Assembly: GCA_002104905.1 (NCBI GenBank)
Contig: MCFE01000160.1
Coordinates: 62,001 to 126,000 of the forward strand
Length of the DNA stretch: 64,000 nt
From: Basidiobolus meristosporus CBS 931.73
Taxonomy: Eukaryota; Fungi; Basidiobolomycota
Direction of reading: 5' to 3'
Within the stretch, counting starts at the first letter, position 1. Every line of letters starts with the position of its first letter. The notes below the pieces were generated by a model, which searched no databases, was not told the DNA's origin, and saw nothing but the letters and a program-made list of their open reading frames with translations. Positions 39,161-49,473 of the stretch are shown in pieces. Position numbers and translations under genes: made by a program.

Positions 39161-39461
39161 CTCAGTGTTGGTAAGGTGATTTGGAGAACAGGCAGACCAT
39201 GTAGCATGTATGTGATTGTAAATTGAATGGGTTGAGCAAGAGTAACATATACCAAATGCTTAGGAGGGTCCCAAGAGCATGTTCAGGGTTTGTGAGTCTT
39301 TGGGCAGCTTGGAGAATTCTCAGGTTCTGGCTACTCAACATTCTGTTTAAAATGTCTGAAGTCTCAACACAGAATCTGGGCAAGAAATACCAAAACTCAT
39401 GGGCCAAGATCCAGGGACTAAGTTAACCAAATAAATAGTTGTATCCACAAAATCTACAACA
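39161..39461 (-). repeat. Diverged copia-type LTR (same family as the C2 LTR)
   Basis: Aligns with 36322-36631; terminus TGTTGTAGA (reverse complement) at 39461. Confidence 0.6.
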
Positions 39462-41392
39462 CATTATTCCCAATAGTGTCTCTAAAAAGCTAGCCCCAAG
39501 ATATTACACTAGTATTCAGCTGGTTTCTAGATTCAATTTTCCAGCACTACAAACAAACCTTACAGTAGCAGTAGAGGAGCTAATGAGTGTTTACCATCTG
39601 CAAGTAGAAGTTTTGATGAGCACCTCTGGACTAGATGCCAGCAAGCTCAGCATATTCACACTTGCATCAGCTAGAGAGGTCATGAGAACCCCCCCCCCAC
39701 CCTAAACCAATGGCTCAAAGGCAAGGGTGTCTACTCCGTTTCCCATGCAGTCATGAACCATATCCAGAAGGGTTCAGATTACTTTGCACACATTTTTCAC
39801 TGGTTATGGTTGGGTTTACCCTTTCCCGAGCACCTTTCTCCATTAGCAAGAGTTAGTTATGACCGGCAGAATGCTTCTCTTTCGAGTCAGTAGCTTTCGA
39901 CTTGTCAGATGCAACTCTACTTTTAGGGTTCACAATGTATGCCAGGCCGCCATCACGATTCAGAAAAATCAGCCCGGAGCAACCAGGTGATCAGTCAGGT
40001 CCAAATATATAACTAATGCGTGGTGGGGAGTTTGTATTCAGTCGGCGGGTTTCGAGTATATATGACTGTTGTTATTCATTAGTGGTACGGGAGCCAAAAA
40101 GCCCAACCGTATGGCATGACGCTACATCGAGATGCAGTGCAGCAGCTGTAAATATATCGCCAACCACCAGGTTAGCGCCGTGAAAATGAAAGTTCAAGTA
40201 TTTACGCAATTCTTATGTCGTTACCAGGAATGCTCAATATAAGAAGCCAGAAGCCCATGAAGAAGCCATTTGATATCATTGGCAAGCTTCATTCTCAGGA
40301 ATATCCTTGGGATAAAGGTGCAGATAAAAGAGAAGTTAGGGAAATCGGGCATGGCAAGCACCTTTGCATCAACAGAGGAGTAGTGGCCAAATCACACTTT
40401 CCTCGTTGGCATTCTGTAATGACTTATGGGCTGGTCAGATCCAGGAGCATGGCTGTGCATACAATGGCATTAGTGTAGTTAGGGTAGTAAACTAAGCTGT
40501 AACACTTCTTCATCAATACCCATGTTCCGATGATCCCCAGGCTACTCCAGCTCTCTAGATGATAGTTGACTAATACTGCTCCAGGATGACACCATACTCG
40601 GCAGACAATATGCAGCTCGTATCTATGGGTGCCGACTAGCCAACAAATTCGCTAGTGCGGGGACCGCTTCAGGTTTCGCGGATGGACTTGTTGGTGATCT
40701 ACAGACTCGCCATTGCAGACCTCAATTCCAACGATGCAATGGAGAAGATTCGGGTGATCCGACTGACTGCTCTGCACCTAGTGCGTTCCGCACTTGCCGA
40801 AGCTACCCTGGGAAAAGCCAGTGGCCAACATGACAGTCCTCCTCTGTGCTATAGCAGGCCACCACTCCTTCGTGAAGGCCGACCGTAACTGAGCTTAGAT
40901 TACAAGTAGGCAGTACTCCACGGCGTTCAGTGCATGTATCGAGGATGCATATGCAGTGCCTAGTCCGATACAGTGAGCGAGTCTACAAAACCCAGCTTGG
41001 ATGTGGTTTTGTTATTGCATATGCGCTGATCCCTCGAATGCTTGCGCAGCACCTTAGGCCATAGCAGCAGCAAGCAGGTCACAATGCAGTCATCCTGCAA
41101 ATAGACAGCACCTAGATCATCCAATGATTTGTGCGGCTCTCCCTCCGCTCGCTGTGCATCTAGCAAGTCCAGATCAATGAGTTAATTTCCTAGACTGGCT
41201 GGAACGCCCATTGGCCCAGGGGCCGTGGCTGTGCCTGGAGCCGAAGGATATATACGAGCACCACTCCGGAAAATTAAGTTTCAAAGTGGGAACACTGGCT
41301 GCATATGAAACGCATGCTTACAACTCGGGATTTCCTTTATAACCTACAGCGAGGCCATCTTGCCAAAAGGATGTGTAGTTCATATTGTCAGC

Positions 41393-42765
41393 ATGCTCCC
41401 TTTTCATATCGCCTACCACGGCTTATGGCTAATCCTCGGGCTTTTATCGATAGTGGTAGAGTTGCATGCTGAAGGCCAGTTCTGCCTTGACCAGCTCAAC
41501 CCGCTTTATGATGGAGTGAAACTCGTCAAGGAGTGCGGCATGGTGAACGCCAACTCGGTCCAGAACGCCAAGAGACTTTTTTCCACCTCGAACTCCGCCA
41601 GCGCGCCGATGGTTCTGTCGTTTTATTGCACCTCTCACACCGAAAAATGCGAGAAGGTGAAGGACTCGTTCAACAAGGCTTTCGAGCTGATCACCAACGT
41701 CATTACCCTTCGACACCCGCTGACCGTCAACGCCTCGTTCATCTCATTCTGCAAGGAGCTCACGATAGGCTGCAATGAATTTGGTGTGGTAGGTAAGATC
41801 GGCCTTGTGAACCTGTGCCTATGGCTAAATGCTAACCGGTCGCCAGGCGCCGCGAACCCCGCCCGGATGCTCCCGCATCAGGGTCTAGACGGCAAGGTCA
41901 GGATGTATCCACAGGCGCTGCTGAAGCAGAAGGGCCTCAGGATTCACCCGGAATACAACAAGGATGACATCATAGCGCTCTTCAATTCCGACATCAACTT
42001 CTGGTTTGAGGTTAGTGTTTGCGCTGCGCGTTCCCTTGTTTCTAGACGTCCATCGCGCTAACGATCCCACTGATGAGATAGGATGACGAGAAGCCGATCA
42101 ATTCCACCCAAAACGACTTCCTGTTCGCGGTGATCCACGAGATGATGCACGGCTTCGGCGTGAACACAGACTGGATGGACCATTTCAACAGCCCAGCCTC
42201 CATACTCACACCTATGCCTCTCTTCAACCAGACCGAGGACGGCTTGATCTTCAGTGGCTTTTTCGAGAGCGCCTTTGACCAGTACTTGATTGAGTTTCCT
42301 TCGCTAGAGCCCCTCTCCTCGCACACCCAGGCGCTCAACCAGGCCACCAAACCAGGGACCTTCTATCTCAACGAAGAGGACTTTCTCGCGGCGCTGACGA
42401 ACTCGACGGTGTACAAGCTGGTGGAGCGGATGAAGCGGCTTGCGGTAACCAGAGACTCCATAGTCTTTCTCGCCAAGCATAAGCAGAAACAGAAGGACGA
42501 GCATATCTTTCTGGAAACCTCTCTCAAACCCTTCATCCCGGGCTCCCTCATCACGCATTTTGACTACCAGACGTACACGAACACCTCGGATTTCCTGATG
42601 CGATTCACCCAGATGTACGGAGAGTCGCTTCTTCACGACATCCGGCTGGGGGGAGACTATCTGACAGGGCCAATCGGGCCCAAATTAACCAGCCTCCTGG
42701 AGACCCTGGGCTATGAGATCAATCTAAACCCACGGCCATACACCGACTTTCTGAGAATATACTGA
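41393..42765 (+). CDS. Secreted putative zinc metalloprotease (HExxH); exons 41393-41792, 41847-42010, 42082-42765
   Basis: Hydrophobic signal-like N-terminus; two GT-AG introns with GCTAAC branch points give one frame; AVIHEMMHGFG motif. Confidence 0.75.
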
Positions 42766-43300
42766 CGCCTCCAGCATCCGGACTGCAGTCGCTCGTGAGG
42801 ACCGCGCTATAGATACCGACCACGCGAACGGAATACACATCCGCTATCCTATTCTTACTCTTGATTTTATCTATCATACGTCGAGGCTACCATGGCTATT
42901 TTGTTTCTATTTTGTATCTATTCCACCATAATCTCTGTACTTTTCATTCCCCATGGCGTCTCAACCACTGTAATTAAGCCAATAAAGCATCAAAACTCGG
43001 AGGGACTGGCGTGTAAATAAACCCATGCTGACCATCCCATCTCGTTGTGCTCGACTCCTCGTTTCACCGCCGCCCCGATGCTGCTTCAGCTACTCTTGGC
43101 AGCTTGGGCTGGTTGGGTGGGATCGTGGGATGCCCGCAGTCTACCGGCTCATGTTGCCCTGCTCATACATCCATCGTGGAGATGATTTAATTTAGGACAG
43201 TATCCATTGGTCCATGCAATCACCAAAAAATAGCTGCCATCTACCAGAGACTATTAGTAAGTTTGATGTCCGTGGGTTAACTTGCCACCTCAACACAAGC

Positions 43301-46300
43301 ATGCCTGAATCGGAGGATCTACAGGAACAAAGGCAAGCTATCTTCAGGAAGCTGAAGCCCTCGTGCGTGTCCCTTCTCGAATGGTCTCCTGATCCTTCTC
43401 CCAATGGCCAGAACGAGCTAACAAGTAGGCTTGATGCACTGTTGGAGTGCCTCCGGACCATTGAAAATCCTCAAACAGCGCTGCATGAGTCTTTGCTTCA
43501 GTACATCTGCTTTCCAATACTCCAAACCTTCACCAAGGGCTGTTTGACATCCGATGCGGCAATGTCCGAAATCCTATTGTGCCTTGAGTATCTGATAGAA
43601 AATTGCTTTGAAAAAATGGATATGGAGTTGAAGATTCGGCTCTTTCTAATCACGGTGGAATTCTTGGGTGAGAAAAGCGAGCTTCAGAGTAAAACCCTTG
43701 GTGTCCCTGGGCTGATCTCCGAAGAGGTAAAGCTGCAAGCCGCCCGTACGCAGGCACCGTTCTTTTTCAACCAGAGAGGCCGCGAACAGCTACCCAGTAC
43801 GCCCAGATGCTCAGGGTTTTTCCTGTACACCGAATCAGGTGTGCCTCAACCACGTATTCAGCTTGTGGTAGCGCGTGTAATCCATACCTTCATCCACTGC
43901 ATTAAAGCTGAGAAGCTGCTAGATCTTCGTCTAGTAGTCCTAAGAAACCTCAACCAATTTATATCGGGTTTTTACAATATGGACATCTTGGCACAGTTCT
44001 TTCCTGGTATATTTACTGGACTATCTTCTATCATACTCGACAATATCGATTGTGGCAATAGCCGGCTGTTAGTAGGCTTGCTGAATGCTCTAGAGAATGC
44101 GATTGTTGGCGCCCTGAATGATGAGATCAACTCGAGCCACATATCTGAGGTGACCTCTCTGGAGCAACTTGGCAATTCGCCGACTCTAATGGCAGAAACG
44201 ACAGACAGGAATATCACCACTTCCACTGAAAATCCAAGCGGAGAAACTTCGCAGAAAGATACGAATTGGATCAACGCAGCCCAGGCTCAAACCAAAACCC
44301 TGTTGATCAAGGTTCTCCGTACCCGCTCCCATCTCGACTGGAAAGTGAGGAATGCTTGTTTGAAACTCTGCTTCAATACACTCTCTCAGTGCCATCGGAT
44401 ACTGAGTTCGTGCTTCTCGATTTTAATCGAGACCTTGGTGCTTGGACTGAATGACTCATACTCGGAGATTGTCTCTACGGCTACAGAGTACATAGAGATG
44501 TTACTTCACCACCCGGACTTGGCCAGTCTGGTGTTGCTGCATTCGAAGCAAAACTTTTACAACCTCATCGATTCACTGCCATCCACCCTAACTAGACACG
44601 ATGAGCTGGTGAAGTACAGCGCCCTCTCCCTTTGCGCGGCATATCTACAAATCATCAGCCGTGATATAGATGAGTTCCTCTCCACCAACTTCAACAAATT
44701 TGTTTCATCGCTGCTGCCTTCGTTGGAGCTTGATTATTCGGACATTCAACTGCTCGAGACACGCGCGCCGAGCGCCTATGACGCCCCAAGTCGTACTACA
44801 GCGATCCCGTCGGAGGCATCCAGGTGGACATGGATGCCAACTTTCCTGAACATACACGAAGATAGAACGGCCAAGCAATTGTCGATGATGTTTAGGTCGT
44901 TTGGTTACTATGGGAATGTCGTATCGCTAATGGACAAACTCCTGTCCAACCTTCGCTCAACCAGAGACACCAAGTATGAAGTGGTCTACATTTTCATTAT
45001 CAACGAATTACTGCACGGCGCACAGGATCGTCTAAGCAGTGGCGAAGAGTCTTCTGGCCAGCACCGAAATGTCTTCTATAGCGTAGCTTCCACTGATGAT
45101 GATCTGAGGACCCATGCCAGGATTACGAAATCCGTATCTCGAGCCATCTTACGGGAATATATGAGCCGATGGAACAACGAATCCATAGAGGAGGATTCGC
45201 CGGATACATCTACCGGTGACACTCCCTACGAATATAACGGCTCTCTACTCAACCCGAGGGCTTCCCGCCAACTCACTGGCTCGCAATCCCCCAGCCACTA
45301 CACCAAAATCCATGAGATTTTGACTATCAAGTCCGTACTATACGGAACAGCTCGTGTTGCAAGCATCCTTGACCGAGAGTTTCGCCGGGAGCTCCTGGAC
45401 GTCTTATACCCATTGATGGAGATGATGGGCCATGACAGCACAGTGCTATATGATTCAGCAACATACTGCGCTGAGACCATACGGGTCTGCTGCCAGTATA
45501 GCTCAGTGCAGAACATGATCGCTGAGAATGCGGACTATCTCGTCAATGCCATGTCACACAAGTTTGCGTTTTCTTCGGCGCATTCCCAAGTCCCCCACGT
45601 CTTGCGGGCATTCTTGTGTATTTTAGGCGCACAGGCACTCCCACTGATTGAAGATATGATTGACGACATTCTGGATACTCTGGACAACAATCGAGAGCAC
45701 TATGATATTTGCAGCCAGCTGCTTGCGGCGTTGGACGATTTCCTAGGCTTGACGTTGGAGGTCATCCGCTCATCTGAAGGTCAGGAGGGCTCCACCCGTA
45801 AGGTGGCCGAGACAAGACCGTCGCAGTTCGACAACTTCCTGGCGTGGTACAGAGCCGACGCGGAGGATTCCGATCTACTCCTTGAAACACTCTACACCTC
45901 TGGCACGCCAGACAGCAAACCAAATCAAGCGGACCCCAGCACCAGCGACACTGATCAGAGTCGAGTGTCGATGATGATTACGCAGAAATCCATCCTTTAC
46001 CTTACGGCGAAAACGGCCAAGATGAGGTCGCTGGCCACCAACATCCTTGCCAAAGGATTGAAGATCGTTGGCCCGTCAGATACATACACGTTAATCAACG
46101 ACGCGTGGCCAAGTCTATACCACCTCCTGGAGAGTAAAGAGAGCATGCTAGTCTTCAAGACCGTAAGACTTATCCAAGAAATAGCCGAGGACCATGCAGA
46201 GTTCGCCAGCAAGCGGTTTGTTTCTCAGATCTGGCCTTATTTCTCAAGGTTGTTCACCGCCAATCGCTCGCAGCTCAGGAAGCGCCATTCATTGGAGCCC

Positions 46301-46675
46301 AGCTTTCACGTCGATCACCGTGAATCGCAAAAGCTCCTCGTCGCCGTCCTAGAGGCAACTAGCACCATGCTCTTACACTTGAGTATTCCTATTCGGAAGG
46401 TCCGGTCGATATGTGAGGCTGTAGCACCTGTGGCCATGAATGACTCAGACCCACAGGTCCAGCAGGCGATCTCGCAGGTGTTTAGTTCGGTGGCCCGTAG
46501 ATTCCCTGACGTGTTTTGGGTGTTTATCAACAGTGGGGATGGCAAGGCCGGCATGGCTCAGCCACCAGCGGAATTAAAGCCGATAGTCTTGCCCAACATA
46601 TACGATGAATCCACACGGCGAGCCTGCCATTCGCTACGCTACCTGTTAGAGGAGAGAAACCCTGAGCATGGCTAG
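43301..46675 (+). CDS. TTI1: TEL2-interacting protein 1 (TTT complex, HEAT-repeat PIKK co-chaperone)
   Basis: Long intact ORF with FRKLKPSCVSLL, YICFPIL, QFFPGIFTGLS, HLDWKVR, ENADYLVNAMS, LPLIEDMIDDIL and INDAWPSL. Start taken at the ATG at 43301. Confidence 0.82.
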   Translation: MPESEDLQEQRQAIFRKLKPSCVSLLEWSPDPSPNGQNELTSRLDALLECLRTIENPQTALHESLLQYICFPILQTFTKGCLTSDAAMSEILLCLEYLIENCFEKMDMELKIRLFLITVEFLGEKSELQSKTLGVPGLISEEVKLQAARTQAPFFFNQRGREQLPSTPRCSGFFLYTESGVPQPRIQLVVARVIHTFIHCIKAEKLLDLRLVVLRNLNQFISGFYNMDILAQFFPGIFTGLSSIILDNIDCGNSRLLVGLLNALENAIVGALNDEINSSHISEVTSLEQLGNSPTLMAETTDRNITTSTENPSGETSQKDTNWINAAQAQTKTLLIKVLRTRSHLDWKVRNACLKLCFNTLSQCHRILSSCFSILIETLVLGLNDSYSEIVSTATEYIEMLLHHPDLASLVLLHSKQNFYNLIDSLPSTLTRHDELVKYSALSLCAAYLQIISRDIDEFLSTNFNKFVSSLLPSLELDYSDIQLLETRAPSAYDAPSRTTAIPSEASRWTWMPTFLNIHEDRTAKQLSMMFRSFGYYGNVVSLMDKLLSNLRSTRDTKYEVVYIFIINELLHGAQDRLSSGEESSGQHRNVFYSVASTDDDLRTHARITKSVSRAILREYMSRWNNESIEEDSPDTSTGDTPYEYNGSLLNPRASRQLTGSQSPSHYTKIHEILTIKSVLYGTARVASILDREFRRELLDVLYPLMEMMGHDSTVLYDSATYCAETIRVCCQYSSVQNMIAENADYLVNAMSHKFAFSSAHSQVPHVLRAFLCILGAQALPLIEDMIDDILDTLDNNREHYDICSQLLAALDDFLGLTLEVIRSSEGQEGSTRKVAETRPSQFDNFLAWYRADAEDSDLLLETLYTSGTPDSKPNQADPSTSDTDQSRVSMMITQKSILYLTAKTAKMRSLATNILAKGLKIVGPSDTYTLINDAWPSLYHLLESKESMLVFKTVRLIQEIAEDHAEFASKRFVSQIWPYFSRLFTANRSQLRKRHSLEPSFHVDHRESQKLLVAVLEATSTMLLHLSIPIRKVRSICEAVAPVAMNDSDPQVQQAISQVFSSVARRFPDVFWVFINSGDGKAGMAQPPAELKPIVLPNIYDESTRRACHSLRYLLEERNPEHG

Positions 46676-47053
46676 CCTCCGTCGTCCACACCAGCCTAAC
46701 CCTTCACCACTCGATCAGGAACCTCCCGTATGTACCAGACACACTGTTCCACCATCCCCAGTCTGTTTAGAAGCGAATCATATTTGTCTTTCAGTTCACA
46801 ACACGAAACCCAATTGGTCATATTGTTCTCCCTCTTGATCGGTCTCCCTTCATCGCCATTGACAATGATATAATCAAACTTTGTTGGAATACACAATGAT
46901 GCTACGTGAGATTGATTTTCAACCAAAGATTTTACGGGATCAATGTTATGATTTATTCAATTTTAAATCGCCCAATTTACTGAGCCCGAATGGCACGAGT
47001 CCTTCTCCCAGACAGCCCTAGCTTACGTTCATCACCACCACCTTAGGTCTGAC

Positions 47054-47610
47054 ATGTATTATCCTTGCGAAGCGGAACTACCGGAAGATCCACGCCTCTC
47101 GGTGCAGATATTCGGCTCTTCAGTATCCGGGAATCTACAAGTTCGTTTAAACCCTCCATTTTACCTTAGTCGAATCGGTTTGTTTTGCCTGGACTCGAGA
47201 AAGAACCACATACTCACCACCATTCCTCAACGAATTCACCTTTGACCCAACCCAATAGATAAAAACCCAACAAAAGCGGCTCGAATCCATCCTGAACGCC
47301 CGCCGGATCCCGTTTGTTTTCATTGACGTGGCCGCAAGCACTGCAGCCAAGAACTACATGCGCAACATCAACCCCACCCCTACGGTGGTCCTTCCGCAGA
47401 TCTTCGTGGACGGCTCGTTTCGTGGAGTAAGTGCCATATAGAGAAACCAACGGCAACCGAACCATCCCTCCGGTGCCTCCCTTTTCACTAACCACCACTC
47501 ACCTGCTGCTTCCATTTCCCTCTCTTCGGTAGTTCTTTCGTCAATTCGAGGAGGCAAATGACCGGGACGAACTCACGGAGTTTCTGGGCTTCGACACCAA
47601 CCAAAAATAA
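47054..47610 (+). CDS. SH3BGR-like thioredoxin-fold protein, 110 aa; exons 47054-47140, 47259-47426, 47533-47610
   Basis: Spliced product SVQIFGSSVSGNLQIKTQQKRLESILNARRIPFVFIDVA...LPQIFVDGSFRGFFRQFEEAND...LTEFL matches the SH3BGR pattern; phase-0 GT-AG introns. Missed by the ORF track. Confidence 0.88.
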
Positions 47611-48229
47611 CCGGAGGATATTTGCTGGCCAAACCGACCGGGCTTTAGAGAACTGGCTGCGCGAAGCGTCACCTGATGTGTAAACGCCATGCATAGGTGG
47701 TACTTTCCTCCCAAAAGGAGTCCCAAGAGCACCTGTTCCTAGGGGCCCCGTATCTAACCATCAAGCATTGTACTACTCTATTGCCTCTGAACCAGGTTGA
47801 CATTATTAAATCACCCCTGATTCTATCCCAGTCCAGCTACTGTGGCCCCCTTGGGGTATGATTTTTCACCAGTGGTGGTTGGCCCGGTGGGAGTGGCATC
47901 TAAATCGCTTAGAGTCTGTTCTTAAAACAATGAACGCCACCTGATTTTGTGTGCCTCTATGAATTACCAGACCACTTTCTACGGTGCCCAGGTATATATT
48001 TTGTTGTGGGGGGATGTTCAGCGAGGTATCTTAAGGAACTTCAAAGGGAACGCCTTGTTCTGCAGTTTCAAATGATTTAAATTCCACGGGCCATTTACTT
48101 GGTCATATATTAGCTTAAAATCAAGCCCTCTCTCGTGTGTCCTGGAGAGCTTGAAGGTCACCTCATAACGGCAGGCGATGACACCACCGATAACCATCAT
48201 CTGGTGATTCAAGTATGATAAGCGAGTTC

Positions 48230-48986
48230 AGAGGAAGAGGAAAAGCAGAAACAGAACGAGTAGCAGGGTGTTTTGAATTAGTGGGGAGGAGGTGATGTTC
48301 CCAGCATTAGGATAAATCCTCTCACAGAACCTGAATCGAGCGAGATGGAGAATGGGGTTAGGGGATACGTTGATTGGCACTGATGGGGGCCAGACTTACT
48401 TCCTCCACTCGAAGTGATTTTCGGCCTGCTTCTGCACCGATGCTTCCCTTCGTTTCATTAGGATCGCCTCGACAATTTCTGGATGCTGTTGGATCAAAGT
48501 ACAGCAGCAACAGCAGCGATGATTGGACCTCAAAGACCCGTCGTCCAACAAACAATTACCGTTCTTTCGCTCGAGTGGAAACCCATTATATTGCAGACTT
48601 CTGCTCAGTTTCCGGGTGGCCGCTTCAACAGAGTCGCCCCTTCTCCTCACAGGATACCTATCTACACTTTCATCTTGATGCGAGCTGAATCCTGATTCAT
48701 CCGATTCGTCCCAGGAGGCATACCTCTCCCTCTCATAGCACCTATAGTCTTGCGGAGGAGCGTAGCCACGTGTTTGACGCCTACTCTTGGAGTATCGCCG
48801 GCTGCCCCTCCTTTCAGGACCTAGGCGATGGTGGAAGCTACGCTCATGATCTCCCCAATCATTAGTAGTATCAAAATCGGCATCATACCATTTATACCGT
48901 TTTCTGTAGTAACGTTGCTTAAGATGAGTATCAGTGGGTTTATTCAAAAACTGGGGTGTATGGGGGTCGTCCGAGAGGTATGACAT
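48230..48986 (-). CDS. Hypothetical R/S/D-rich protein, possibly with a C-terminal hydrophobic tail
   Basis: 196-aa ATG ORF ending at a GTAAGT donor (~48400); a putative last exon reads FCERIYP...LLLVLFLLFLFL. No family recognised. Confidence 0.45.
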
Positions 48987-49473
48987 TTTCAGGCTAAGAA
49001 TAAAGGGCTAGGTGCTAAGGTGAAATGACTTGGAGAAGGAGCAAACCTCTCTTATCAATGAGATGGGCTTGCGTTTATACTAGTACTTACCTGACGGTGA
49101 TGGATCACGTGACATGCCAAGCCACTGAGCCTCCGGTTGCATTAGAATTACGCATTAGATCATACAACCGAAATGTCTTACATGCCCAACACAGTTTCAA
49201 CCCAAGAGGGGATCTCACTGGATATTCTCCGAGCTTAAAACCATTGCAAAGCCAGCATGCGTACGTACAGTACATGGTACACACTCCAGTCCAGTGATTG
49301 TATATATGGTGCAGCGCATGATTTGATGAATCGGTTACAGGGGATAGGGTGACTGGTTATATAGATGCGAGCATTCTTTATTGCTGGTGGGTTTTGAACC
49401 TTTACTTGACAGAAAGGCATTAACAAAATGGATAGTTTTACTTATTATTCTCCAGGAAATGTATTTTCTACGA

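Noticed and set aside
48640-48665. GTATCCTG on the minus strand as a second U12 donor
   Set aside because: It mismatches the consensus, lies in an open frame, and no matching branch point or acceptor was found.
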